DNA of 32,000 nucleotides from an uncultured Chloroflexia bacterium. GTDB lineage: Bacteria > Chloroflexota > Ktedonobacteria > Ktedonobacterales > JADMIN01. Made by a program: the position numbers and the translations under genes. Position 1 is the stretch's first letter. Every line of letters starts with the position of its first letter. Positions 16,929-25,929 of this stretch are shown one piece after another. Below the pieces are notes generated by a model that had not been told where the DNA came from, did not search any database, and saw only the letters and a list, made by a program, of their open reading frames with translations. The stretch spans positions 450,001-482,000 of the forward strand of contig CAVRAI010000007.1 in assembly GCA_963718915.1 (NCBI GenBank), given 5' to 3'.

Positions 16929-17696
16929 TCACTGTTCGGTTCCAGCCATTGGCCGAGTTGCCTTCTGCAGCTTCTCGTCTGGGGTCGGATGTTCATGACC
17001 GGTGCGCTCCAGCCGTTGCCGCGCCTGTGTGAGGATACCCGACTCCACAATCTCCATCAGCTCATCCAGGTCATCGGTGATCGTCCAGATGGTCAGGTCA
17101 TGGGCGGCGACGGTATGCAGGCCTTCGAGCATCACCGAGTGCATCCAGTTCGTGAGCGGCTCCCAGAAACTCTTGCCGAACAAAATGATGGGGACAGTAT
17201 TATCCAGCTTACCCGTCTGCACCAGTGTGATGAGCTCGAAGAACTCGTCAAGTGTGCCAAAGCCGCCGGGGAAGAAGATATAGGCCTCGGCGGAGAAGTC
17301 CAGCATGACCTTGCGACTGAAGAAGTAGTGAAAGCTGATCGAGCGACGCACGTACGGATTGATGCGCTGTTCATGGGGAAGTTCAATATTGATGCCCACC
17401 GAATTGCCGCCAGCGTCCAATGCGCCGTGGTTGCCCGCCTGCATCACACCGGGGCCACCGCCCGTCACGACGGTGTAGCCCTGCTGAGCCAGACGTCGCC
17501 CCAGTTCGTAGGCCTGCTGACAATACGGGCTATGTTGCGCCAACCGCGCCGAGCCAAAGATCGTGACGCTACGCTCGATGTTGCCCAAAAAGGTAAAGCC
17601 ACTGACGAACTCGCTCATAATACGAAAAATGCGCCAGCTTGGTGTTGTGTCGAACTCGGAATGATTTCCGCCTGCTGGATCTGATGAACGCCCCAT
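16929..17696 (-). CDS. LOG family protein (TIGR00730-type nucleotide 5'-monophosphate nucleosidase / cytokinin riboside 5'-monophosphate phosphoribohydrolase-like), long-N-terminus type
   Basis: VTIFGSARL, GGGPGVMQAGNHGA and PGGFGTLDEFFE motifs. ATG 17696 starts 2 nt after the SDR stop, with GAGAGGAAAG RBS. Confidence 0.85.
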   Translation of the reverse strand: MGRSSDPAGGNHSEFDTTPSWRIFRIMSEFVSGFTFLGNIERSVTIFGSARLAQHSPYCQQAYELGRRLAQQGYTVVTGGGPGVMQAGNHGALDAGGNSVGINIELPHEQRINPYVRRSISFHYFFSRKVMLDFSAEAYIFFPGGFGTLDEFFELITLVQTGKLDNTVPIILFGKSFWEPLTNWMHSVMLEGLHTVAAHDLTIWTITDDLDELMEIVESGILTQARQRLERTGHEHPTPDEKLQKATRPMAGTEQ

Positions 17697-17698
17697 GA

Positions 17699-18529
17699 TT
17701 AATCTTTCCTCTCTACAGGTGCTGGCGTTGCGGATGTGGTCTCTTCTCTACGCTGAGCATCGCCCGCGCGTTGCGGGTTCCGCGACCGTGACCGCAGCAG
17801 GCGGTCTGCCACCCAGGGAAGCGCCCGTTCGGCCCAGATCGCTGGACGATAGTAGCGCGGCGCCACTACTTCCCTGCGCGGATGCGCCACCAGATCCCCT
17901 ATGGCGCGTGCCACGATTTCTGGTCCCGGCAGCCCTCGCCGCGAGCCATCAGTCATATTGGAGCGGATAAACCCTGGCGAGACAACCGAGACCGAGACTC
18001 CGCTGCCCGTGAGCTGGCGTCGCAGCGAGAGCGAGAAGCCGCGAACAGCGTATTTTGTCGCGGAATAGATCGGATCGACGGCGACATGCCCCGCCACTGA
18101 TGCGACCGAGATGACCGCGCCGTGGCGGCGTTCGAGCATCCCTGGCAGCACGGCGTGGGTCAGCAGCGCCACGCCGCGCAGGTTCGTATCCAGCATCCGC
18201 TCGATATCCTCGCGCGACATCCTGGCAAACGAACGTATCGAGCCGATGCCCGCGTTGTTCACAAGAATATCGATCCGCCCGTAATGCTCGATGGCGCGCG
18301 CCACTAGCGCATCAATCTGGGCTGTATCGGTGACATCGGTAGGAATCGCGATTGCCTCGCCCCCTGACAGCGTGATCGCCTGGGCCTCGGCGTCCAGCAG
18401 GTCGGTTCGCCGCGCCGCCAGCACAATGCGTGCGCCACGCCGCGCCAACTCGCGTGCGGTGGCCGCGCCTATGCCCGAGCTGGACCCGGTCACCAGCGCA
18501 ACCTGACCGGCCAGTGGTTTTCTCTCCAT
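17699..18529 (-). CDS. Short-chain dehydrogenase/reductase (SDR)
   Basis: TGSSSGIGAATA cofactor motif, NNAG and the YSATK catalytic motif. GGAGGGAG RBS. Confidence 0.9.
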   Translation of the reverse strand: MERKPLAGQVALVTGSSSGIGAATARELARRGARIVLAARRTDLLDAEAQAITLSGGEAIAIPTDVTDTAQIDALVARAIEHYGRIDILVNNAGIGSIRSFARMSREDIERMLDTNLRGVALLTHAVLPGMLERRHGAVISVASVAGHVAVDPIYSATKYAVRGFSLSLRRQLTGSGVSVSVVSPGFIRSNMTDGSRRGLPGPEIVARAIGDLVAHPRREVVAPRYYRPAIWAERALPWVADRLLRSRSRNPQRAGDAQRREETTSATPAPVERKD

Positions 18530-18874
18530 GTGGTATCTCCCTCCAAGAGATTATGCCCCGCGGGTATCGCCTCAGATGATGTGAAACGAGCATAGCACGG
18601 CAACCGAGCGCGCACAGCACACTGGTCATTCAGCATCAGAACCGGGCGGCGGAAACGTGACCGCCTGAACGCGCGGCGCGTCGTAACTGGCGTCGGGTAG
18701 CTTCATATGCTCTCATCGTACACTCATGTAACGCGAACCTGTGATGAAGAGATAGCGTTTTCGGAACGGGCAGGGCGCGCACAACTTTCGATGCAACGAA
18801 CCGTATGTTCTAGTGATGAGAGGCGAGTCCGGCGCGCACCTCCCGTGGTCAAGGATTTGTGGAGGAAGAGAACG

Positions 18875-19231
18875 ATGGGAAAACTGGCCTGGTTCACAGT
18901 CGGGGTCATTGCTGGTCTGAGTGCGGCGGCTATCGGACAGGAGCTTGCCCTTCACCCCAAAGAGCGCACCTGGAAGGGTAAAGTCGCGGGTGTCCCTTAC
19001 AACTTCCATGTGGCTGAGTGGGGCGAGGTTGCCAGGGGGTATTGGGATCCCGCGAACGAGCAGGTGCTGTCGTCGCGTGGCATTGGCCTCGGCTGGGGCC
19101 TGAACTTCGCCGCCGTCACACAGAAGGCGCAGGGGCTGGTGGAAAACGTACAGCATATGGTGCAACAGACAGGTGATTCAGCGGCACAATCGAATCACCA
19201 TCAACAGATATCGGAGCCGGTTGAGAAGTAG
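18875..19231 (+). CDS. Small membrane protein, DUF5808-like
   Basis: ATG 18875 follows GGAGGAAGAG. It has an N-terminal TM helix, then GVPYNF...YWDPANEQVLSSRGIGLGWGLNF, which resembles the DUF5808 core (recalled). Confidence 0.5.
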   Translation: MGKLAWFTVGVIAGLSAAAIGQELALHPKERTWKGKVAGVPYNFHVAEWGEVARGYWDPANEQVLSSRGIGLGWGLNFAAVTQKAQGLVENVQHMVQQTGDSAAQSNHHQQISEPVEK

Positions 19232-19332
19232 CGCATGGGCTGGTCGTGTTCGGAGCGCCTCTGGCTCCGCTCTCGTTCCCACGACCGGCAAGATGCGCTC
19301 ATCACGGCTCCTCACCTCTGGAGGCGGTTGGC

Positions 19333-20148
19333 ATGCTTGCCACTGACCCATTATCCCTCGTGTTTATCGGCTGCGCGGTATTCTCAGGCGCATTCCTGGT
19401 GATCTCAACGCTCCTGGGCGCCGGAGAGAGCCACTTTGGCCATCTCGGTGGACATGCCGATGGCCACGACCTTCACGTTGGCCACGCCGATAGTGGTGGC
19501 GCGGGCCATGCGGCGCACGCAGCCGATGGCGGCCATGCCATGCACGGAGCGCACGCGCACGCGGACGGCGCGCACGCGGACGGCAGCTCCGCGCAGACGG
19601 TCGCCGCGCCCTCAGTGTGGGCCTCGATTTCGAATACCCTCCTCGGCGCTCTCAACCTCTACGGGCTGCTGATGTTCCTGCTCATTTTCGGGCTGGTGGG
19701 CTATGTGGCCCATGCAGTACTCGGCTGGGGTGTCCTGTTCGTCTTGCTGGTACCACTCCTCTTCGGCGTGGCGTGCGCCATCGGGGTGACAACGCTGCTC
19801 CATATCGTCTTTGCCACCAGCAAAGATACCGTGCTGACAGCAACTGACGCGCGGCTGGAGGGACACCTGGGGACCGTGACGATGACCATTCGCGCGGGCG
19901 GAACCGGCGAGATCGTCTTCACACGCAAAGCGGGCGGACGACAGAGTATAGGCGCGCGCAGCGCCAGTGGCGAGGCGATAGCGGCGGGATCCGAGGTGGT
20001 CATTCTGGATTACCAGGACGGTATCGCCAGCGTGCAGTCCTGGGACGATTTCATGGTCACCACGCGCGCTGGCGTCCTGCCAAAACTTGCGCCGATAGAG
20101 GCCGAACCGCCGACGTTGCCGACGCCCGATCAGCCCAAAGAGGGGTGA
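19333..20148 (+). CDS. NfeD-like membrane protein (C-terminal OB-fold) with a His-rich loop
   Basis: ATG 19333 follows GGAGG. It has TM helices and a C-terminal GHLGTVTMTIRAGGTGEIVF...GEAIAAGSEVVILDYQDGIASVQ typical of NfeD. It lies directly upstream of flotillin, as in yuaF-yuaG type operons. Confidence 0.7.
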   Translation: MLATDPLSLVFIGCAVFSGAFLVISTLLGAGESHFGHLGGHADGHDLHVGHADSGGAGHAAHAADGGHAMHGAHAHADGAHADGSSAQTVAAPSVWASISNTLLGALNLYGLLMFLLIFGLVGYVAHAVLGWGVLFVLLVPLLFGVACAIGVTTLLHIVFATSKDTVLTATDARLEGHLGTVTMTIRAGGTGEIVFTRKAGGRQSIGARSASGEAIAAGSEVVILDYQDGIASVQSWDDFMVTTRAGVLPKLAPIEAEPPTLPTPDQPKEG

Positions 20149-20230
20149 TATACGCGCTCGATTGATCACTAGATCACTATCCGCATGAATACTCGCATGG
20201 CCGTCATTCGGATGATGGGGAGGGACAGAC

Positions 20231-21955
20231 ATGGGTCCGTTGATCACAGTGGTTCTGGTAGTTATCCTGATAGTGGTAGCCGTACTGCTCGTACTCAACC
20301 TGTATGGGCGTATGTTCCGCAAGGTCGGTCCGAACCAGGCGCTGATTGTCTATGGCGCGGGCGGCCAGCGTATTCTGACGGGCGGCGGCACGCTGGTCAT
20401 TCCACTGGTGCAGGAGTCGAAGCTCTTCTCACTGGAACTGATGTCATTCGACGTTGCGCCGCAGCAGAACCTCTATACGAATCAGGGCGTCTCGGTGAAG
20501 GTGGAGGCGGTCACGCAGCTCAAAGTGCGCTCGGATCGCGAGAGCATTCTGACTGCCGCCGAGCAGTTCCTGAGCAAGACGCCGCAGGATCGCGAGGCGA
20601 TGATCCGGCTGGTGATGGAAGGCCACCTGCGCGGCATCGTCGGCCTATTGACCGTCGAGCAGATCGTCAAAGAGCCGGAGATGGTCAGCGAAAAGATGCG
20701 TTCGACAAGTTCCGCCGACCTGGCGAAGATGGGCCTGGAGGTTGTCTCGTTCACGATCAAAGAAGTGCGCGACGAGAACGAATACATCTCCAACATGGGC
20801 CGACCAGAGATCGAGCGTATCAAGAAAGAGGCGAATATCGCCGCCGCGCTGGCCGCCCGCGATACGCAGATTCAGCAGGCGTCAGCCGCCCGTGAATCTG
20901 CGGTGGCCAAGTCGAGCGCTGACCAGGCTCGTGTCGAGGCGGAGGCAGCTTCGCAGACGAAACAGGCGGAATTCCAGCGTGACCTGGCCCTCAAGCGCGC
21001 CGAGTATGACGCCGAGGTGAAGAAGCAGGAAGTCATCGCCGATAAAGCAACCGAATTGCAGGCGCAGGTCGTCCAGCAACAGATCGTGGCTGAGACGGCG
21101 AAGGCGCAGGAGATCGACCGCACCGCGCAGATCAAGGTACAAGAGGCCGAGGGACAGCGCCGCAAGATGGAGCTTGAGGCGACGATTATCAAAGGAGCCG
21201 AGGCGGAAAGGCAGCGTGTCACCGCGTTGGCGGATGCAGAACGGCAGCGCATGTCATTGGAAGCCGATGGGCGTGCTGCGGCGTTACGCGCTCAGGCATC
21301 GGCGGAAGCTGAGGCGGCGAAGGTACGCGGCGCAGCAGATGCTGAGGCAGCACGGCTACGCGGCATGGCCGAGGCGGATGTCATCCGGGCAAAGGGCGAG
21401 GCGGAGGCGGAGGCGATGCGCGTCAAGGCAGCCGCCTACAATGAGTACAATCAGGCCGCTGTGCTCGATAAAATCATCACCAATCTTCCGGAGGTGGTGC
21501 GTGCGATTGCCGAGCCGCTAGCGAAGGTGGACAAGATCAGCATCGTCTCGACCGGCGGCGCGAACGGCAGCAACCTTGGCGCCAGCCGCATAACAGGCGA
21601 TGTGGTGAACATGCTGGCCCAGATGCCAGTAATTCTGGAGGCGCTCACGGGCGTCAAGATGAGCGACCTGATGGCGCGCGTTCCGGGCTTGCGTACGGTA
21701 GAAGGCTCGACCGGCGATGGGGCGCCTGGCGGCGTGGATGGCGCGGCGGGTGCGAACGGCGCCAATGGAGCGAATGGGACCAGCGAGACGCCAGCTACGC
21801 CGACGGTTCAGCGGGTGAAGGTGCCCGCGCCAGAGACGGACGATACGCCTGCCCCGAGCGTTCCGGTCAGCTCAGATCACCCTTCCACGAACAATTCGGC
21901 CAGTGGCGCACCCGACGGGCCAGCGACCGGACCTCGCAAGCAGCCAATGCGCTAA
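20231..21955 (+). CDS. Flotillin-like SPFH/band 7 protein (FloT/YuaG-like) with a long Ala/Glu/Arg coiled-coil and a low-complexity C-terminus
   Basis: ATG 20231 follows GGGGAGGGA. It has an N-terminal hairpin helix, an SPFH core (KVGPNQALIVYG...), an EA-rich flotillin region and a GANGANGANG tail. Confidence 0.85.
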   Translation: MGPLITVVLVVILIVVAVLLVLNLYGRMFRKVGPNQALIVYGAGGQRILTGGGTLVIPLVQESKLFSLELMSFDVAPQQNLYTNQGVSVKVEAVTQLKVRSDRESILTAAEQFLSKTPQDREAMIRLVMEGHLRGIVGLLTVEQIVKEPEMVSEKMRSTSSADLAKMGLEVVSFTIKEVRDENEYISNMGRPEIERIKKEANIAAALAARDTQIQQASAARESAVAKSSADQARVEAEAASQTKQAEFQRDLALKRAEYDAEVKKQEVIADKATELQAQVVQQQIVAETAKAQEIDRTAQIKVQEAEGQRRKMELEATIIKGAEAERQRVTALADAERQRMSLEADGRAAALRAQASAEAEAAKVRGAADAEAARLRGMAEADVIRAKGEAEAEAMRVKAAAYNEYNQAAVLDKIITNLPEVVRAIAEPLAKVDKISIVSTGGANGSNLGASRITGDVVNMLAQMPVILEALTGVKMSDLMARVPGLRTVEGSTGDGAPGGVDGAAGANGANGANGTSETPATPTVQRVKVPAPETDDTPAPSVPVSSDHPSTNNSASGAPDGPATGPRKQPMR

Positions 21956-21957
21956 CG

Positions 21958-21997
21958 ATCAGGCGTCAATCAGGCGTCAATCAGGCGTCAATCAGGG
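21958..21997. repeat. Tandem 11-bp repeat ATCAGGCGTCA x3 plus a partial fourth unit
   Basis: Perfect units at 21958-21968, 21969-21979 and 21980-21990. ATCAGGG at 21991-21997 continues into a hairpin arm. Confidence 0.95.
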
Positions 21998-22033
21998 CTA
22001 TTTCCTCAGGGAGATGGCCCTGATTCCTTTTCC
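21991..22033 (+). terminator. Possible terminator of the flotillin operon
   Basis: ATCAGGGC-18 nt-GCCCTGAT (8-bp stem) followed by TCCTTTTCC. Confidence 0.35.
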
Positions 22034-22037
22034 TAAC

Positions 22038-22066
22038 TTGACAAGTCGCCTGGTACTCGCTATCAT
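22038..22066 (+). promoter_or_regulatory. Near-consensus sigma70-type promoter
   Basis: TTGACA (22038-22043), 17-nt spacer, TATCAT (22061-22066). The implied leader to ATG 22250 is about 175 nt. Confidence 0.6.
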
Positions 22067-22249
22067 GGCTGAGATTGGGTTATCACTACGGTTTGCAGGC
22101 ATCGTCCATCGGGAGCCATACGGGCGCTCTAAGTAACGAATGCGCCTGTTCCATGCGCCATGATGCGGCGCGCGCTTGTTCGTAGATCACGGGGCACGCG
22201 GGCAAAGGAGAGAATACGGCTCGCCAACGCTCATTTCGGAAGGGTAATC

Positions 22250-23233
22250 ATGACACCCAGGCAGCGGATTGCTATTCGGTTCGCTTTCGCCCTCATCGCC
22301 ATCTCCGGTGGATTGCTGGCTATCGCGCTCACGCATACCAACACTGAAGCCAGTTGCTCCACCTGCAACGGCACGTACTACGGCGTGAATGAGACCCTGA
22401 TGAATGAGGCAATCGGTGGCAACATTTGGCCCCAGGCGCTCAGCAACGCCTGCGCGGTGGCGGATGTTGTTGGGCTGGTCAACTACGACTACCTGAAGGC
22501 GGGCAAGTCGCTCAAATTCCCGAATGGCGCCTACCAGACGTCTGTGGAGGACTACAACCAGACATCTGGCAGCAGCCAGTGGGGATACGCAAAACCAACC
22601 AACCAGGTGGGCGGCATCACAAACATCGCCCCTGATTTTGGGAATGACCCGCGCTCTGCCGCCAATGACGTGCAGCACTATGACGTCGGTGGCAGCGCGA
22701 TCCACAATTATGTCTATCGCTGGCAGTTTGCCCACAGGATACAGCCCTCGTACTCTCAACAGGTGCAGGAGGCGACGACGCTTGTTGTGCGCGGATTGGA
22801 GAATACGCAGGAACCGGCCATAGTATTTATCAACGGCGGTCTGCACTCTGTGCTGGTGACGGGCGCATGGTCCTCGAACAACCCCAATACACACTTCCCA
22901 GCAAATATTCAGGGACTGGTCTACCGCGATTCCGAGGGAAATTCATCGACCAGCAGACAGGAGATCCCGATAAGCACCTGGATTGGCGGCCATTTCTCCA
23001 ACCAGTTCGGCGTCTACTCGCTCTGGTCGCTCTATTATGGCGACCGTTACAAGATAGGCGACATGCGCAACACGTTAGACCCTGAGCCGATAGTTGGCCC
23101 GTACAAGCCATCGGCCCGATTTCCGCATCACTGGTACCTGGGCTTCGCCTGGGTACAACATGACAGCACCACCGCCTACAACGCGGATTGGGCTTTCAAT
23201 GCGCTAACCGGTCGCGTCATGTTGACTCCATAG
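22250..23233 (+). CDS. Membrane-anchored/secreted uncharacterised protein with a papain-like (peptidase C39-like) Cys-His-Asp motif arrangement
   Basis: ATG 22250 follows GGAAGGG. Signal-anchor is IAIRFAFALIAISGGLLAIAL. In QALSNAC the Gln sits 6 residues before the Cys, as in papain Q19/C25. INGGLHSVLVTG supplies the His and GLVYRDSEG the Asp. No other family recognised. Confidence 0.5.
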   Translation: MTPRQRIAIRFAFALIAISGGLLAIALTHTNTEASCSTCNGTYYGVNETLMNEAIGGNIWPQALSNACAVADVVGLVNYDYLKAGKSLKFPNGAYQTSVEDYNQTSGSSQWGYAKPTNQVGGITNIAPDFGNDPRSAANDVQHYDVGGSAIHNYVYRWQFAHRIQPSYSQQVQEATTLVVRGLENTQEPAIVFINGGLHSVLVTGAWSSNNPNTHFPANIQGLVYRDSEGNSSTSRQEIPISTWIGGHFSNQFGVYSLWSLYYGDRYKIGDMRNTLDPEPIVGPYKPSARFPHHWYLGFAWVQHDSTTAYNADWAFNALTGRVMLTP

Positions 23234-23277
23234 AGCAACTGTGGTGTCATTGTCCAGCACGTGTGAGGTAGTGGAAA

Positions 23278-24063
23278 GTGAGCCAGCACAGGACGCTAGC
23301 GCGTCAACGGGGACGTAGAAGTAGAAAAGGCAGAGTCGAGCGCGTCGCGAAAGCGCTCGTGGGCAATTTCGTCTATATCATTCTCGGCGGCGCGGCGCTT
23401 CTGTTCGCGGGCGTCCTGATTGCCGCCGCACAGCACACCCCCTCAAGCGCGGCAAGCGACACCAGCGCGACGACGAATTATAGCTCAGGATGGATCCCGC
23501 TGCCGTCGAATTCGTCAAGCGCCATCATCGCCGCAGCCCGCAAAAGCGCGCTCTTCAACGTGAATCGCAAGGGGAGTGGCGACTTCCTGAAAGACCTCTC
23601 GCACCTGGAGACTCCGGTTCTCGTGCGCGCGTTACAGGCGCCGGGAAGCGTTGTGATGCCCGACTACTATGTGATCCCCATCGATAATGCGGCGGGGAAA
23701 ATGGTCGGCGCGGCCGAGCTTGAATTGAATGCCTCGCGCACGTCCATACAGGTCACGTCAATCGTCACCTATACGAGTCCGCACCCGCATGGTCAGGTGT
23801 CTCACGTCGCGATGTCGTCGGCGCTGACAGACCTCTCCAGCCAGCGACGGGTTACGCCGCGCAGTGGCGCGCAGCCACAACTCGTCTACATCCCCATTGA
23901 TGCCGCGGCGCTAGAGACGGGGCAGGTCATCTGGAATGGTGGTGGTACCTCTCCCACCGATCCCGTCTGGTTGATTCCGGGCGCCGATGGCCAGAACCAC
24001 ATCGTCGGAGCCGATGGGCATGCCTACGATATGAGCAGTGTGCCGCTGATGAAACAGCCATGA
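23278..24063 (+). CDS. Membrane-anchored hypothetical protein (Arg/Lys-rich N-tail, one TM, extracytoplasmic domain)
   Basis: GTG 23278 follows GAGGT. It lies 44 nt after the previous gene on the same strand. TM is FVYIILGGAALLFAGVLIAAA. PDYYVIPIDNAAGKMVGAAELELN is faintly PepSY-like. Confidence 0.5.
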   Translation: MSQHRTLARQRGRRSRKGRVERVAKALVGNFVYIILGGAALLFAGVLIAAAQHTPSSAASDTSATTNYSSGWIPLPSNSSSAIIAAARKSALFNVNRKGSGDFLKDLSHLETPVLVRALQAPGSVVMPDYYVIPIDNAAGKMVGAAELELNASRTSIQVTSIVTYTSPHPHGQVSHVAMSSALTDLSSQRRVTPRSGAQPQLVYIPIDAAALETGQVIWNGGGTSPTDPVWLIPGADGQNHIVGADGHAYDMSSVPLMKQP

Positions 24064-24168
24064 TGAGGCAGACGGCATTCCGGTAAGATTTCCGACAATT
24101 CACTGGGCGCACGGGTGCTACACTAGCCTCCGGCAGCCTTCTCTATTGCGTTGCCGGAAGGGATCATC

Positions 24169-25308
24169 ATGTCTCCAGCACCAGCGGCCACCCCCAATCC
24201 ACCTACGCCTGAATGGCTCACGCATGCGCTTCGCCTGGCGGGCGCGCTGACCTCTGGATACGTGACGGACGTCGATGATAGCGCTAACGACGCCTTCAAC
24301 TCCACTGCCCTCCACCTGCGTCTCACCTATTCTCCTGATGCGCCGCCAGATATGCCATTGCGGCTGTTTTTTAAGCGCAATCTTCCGCAGGCATGGGCGA
24401 TTCGCGCCGGGAAGCGAGAAGTCGCGTTCTATCAGATAGCAGCCACGATGGCAGACCGTCTGCCGATGCTGGCGCCCTGTTATGGATCAGCGTACGACGA
24501 CGCAAGTGGCGACTCCTGGCTGCTCTTGCGCGATGTCTCGGCGACACATACGCCGCCTGTCAACCGCGAGCAATTGATTGCGTGCAGCGGCGTCCCGCCC
24601 GATGAGCAACTCGCGGCGATTGTCGAGGCGTTGGCCGGCCTCCACGCCGCCTGGTGGGAGCATCCGGCGCTGGGAACAGACGCACTGCTCGTCAGCGAAT
24701 GGTATCGCGACCGGGCTAGCTTCGAGGCGACGTTAGACCAGTTCACCGAGACCTGGGACGCATTTCAGCAGGCAGATGGCGAGACACCGTCTGCCTCAAC
24801 AAGGGCGCTCTGCAACGAGGCATTGGCGGCCCTGCCGCACCTGTGGGAGCAGCGGCTGGCGGAGCGCATAGCCGCGCGGCGGCAACTCACCATCAGCCAT
24901 GGGGACTGCTATCTGAGCCAGTTCCTCTGTCCGCTTCCCGGCTCATCGGACGCCGCAACGTATCTCATCGACTTTCAGGGCGCATGTGGTGACCTCCCCG
25001 CGATGGATCTCGTCTTCCTCTTCGCGACGTTCTGGACACCCCAGCAGCGCCACGAGGACCAGCGCGAGCAACGACTGCTGCGCGCCTATCACAACGCGCT
25101 TACGCGGTATGGCATCCCCGGCTATACCTGGGATGACCTGGTGAGCGACTATCGTATCGCGTTGGCCTTCATGCTCTTCTATCCGGTCTGGGATGCGTGC
25201 AACGGCTCCAGCGGGGACTACTGGGAGCCAAAGCTCCGCTGCCTCGCGAGAGCGGCGGATGACTGGCAGTGTCGCGCGCTCTTCGCCGACGTGATGTCGC
25301 ACGCCTAA
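24169..25308 (+). CDS. Phosphotransferase/kinase-like protein (APH / CHK-EcKL-like fold)
   Basis: ATG 24169 follows GGAAGGGA. The catalytic-loop-like sequence is [11 protein letters not shown] and the DFG-equivalent is [17 protein letters not shown]. Confidence 0.65.
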   Translation: MSPAPAATPNPPTPEWLTHALRLAGALTSGYVTDVDDSANDAFNSTALHLRLTYSPDAPPDMPLRLFFKRNLPQAWAIRAGKREVAFYQIAATMADRLPMLAPCYGSAYDDASGDSWLLLRDVSATHTPPVNREQLIACSGVPPDEQLAAIVEALAGLHAAWWEHPALGTDALLVSEWYRDRASFEATLDQFTETWDAFQQADGETPSASTRALCNEALAALPHLWEQRLAERIAARRQLTISHGDCYLSQFLCPLPGSSDAATYLIDFQGACGDLPAMDLVFLFATFWTPQQRHEDQREQRLLRAYHNALTRYGIPGYTWDDLVSDYRIALAFMLFYPVWDACNGSSGDYWEPKLRCLARAADDWQCRALFADVMSHA

Positions 25309-25706
25309 GCGTCGTCGCCCGCGCCGACAATCGCCTCGGCCTCGATCTCCACCAGCAGCGCCGAATCGATCAGGCGGCTCACCTCGATCATCGTCGACGC
25401 GGGCCGAATCTCGCGGAAGAATTCGCCGTGCGCCCTGCCGATGGCTTCCCAGTTAGCGATGTTGGTCACATAGATGCGCGTGCGCACGACATCGCGCATA
25501 CTCGCGCCCAACTCCGTCAGAGCGGCCTCGATGATGCGCAGCGCCTGTGTCGCCTGGGCAGCGGCGTCCCCTGGCCCGACGACCGCGCCACTGACGTCAA
25601 CCCCGGTCGTACCCGCTACATGGATAACCTGACCGACCCGCACCGCGCGCGAGTACCCAACAATCTCCTCCCAGGGTCGCCCCGAACTGACGTTTTGTCG
25701 TGGCAT
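25305..25706 (-). CDS. ridA: RidA/YjgF family reactive-intermediate deaminase
   Basis: [19 protein letters not shown]...RTRIYVTNI...[11 protein letters not shown]...[11 protein letters not shown] 25706 gives the typical length of about 133 aa (alternative GTG 25748). The stop overlaps the kinase-like gene's stop in convergent orientation. Confidence 0.8.
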   Translation of the reverse strand: MPRQNVSSGRPWEEIVGYSRAVRVGQVIHVAGTTGVDVSGAVVGPGDAAAQATQALRIIEAALTELGASMRDVVRTRIYVTNIANWEAIGRAHGEFFREIRPASTMIEVSRLIDSALLVEIEAEAIVGAGDDA

Positions 25707-25899
25707 ATTTCCAGCGTCCCTTTCTGAGCTATTTGCGCTTCCGCTCACCTATCATCCTATCATCTATTGTCATCCGTCGTGACCATCCCGACTCTGCGGA
25801 GTACTGGTAAAAATCAGGCTGGAGAGCCTCAGAAGCAGCCTTTCACTCGCGTTGTGAGGCAATCAGGCAGGAATTTGCTCAAAAATTCGCCTGAAAGGC

Positions 25900-25928
25900 T
25901 TGTATCCCCTGAATCATCATGGTATACT
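25900..25928 (+). promoter_or_regulatory. Sigma70-type promoter for the zinc-ribbon/RGG gene
   Basis: TTGTAT (25900-25905), 17-nt spacer, TATACT (25923-25928). Confidence 0.6.
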
Positions 25929-25929
25929 T

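Noticed and set aside
16929-17696. The LOG-family protein as an SLOG-type nucleotide-signal sensor of a Thoeris/CBASS-like defence system.
   Set aside because: It has the full catalytic PGGxGTxxE/GGGxGxM LOG motif set and is translationally coupled to an SDR. No cyclase, TIR or SIR2 partner is present, so it looks like a housekeeping LOG.
21958-21997. The tandem repeat could have been a miniature CRISPR array.
   Set aside because: The units are only 11 bp and directly abutting with no spacers. There are no cas genes in the window.
25304-25308. Convergent overlap of the kinase-like (TAA 25306-25308) and ridA (TAG on the minus strand, 25305-25307) stop codons.
   Set aside because: The overlap is real, but such overlaps are common in compact high-GC genomes. 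There is no evidence of regulatory significance.
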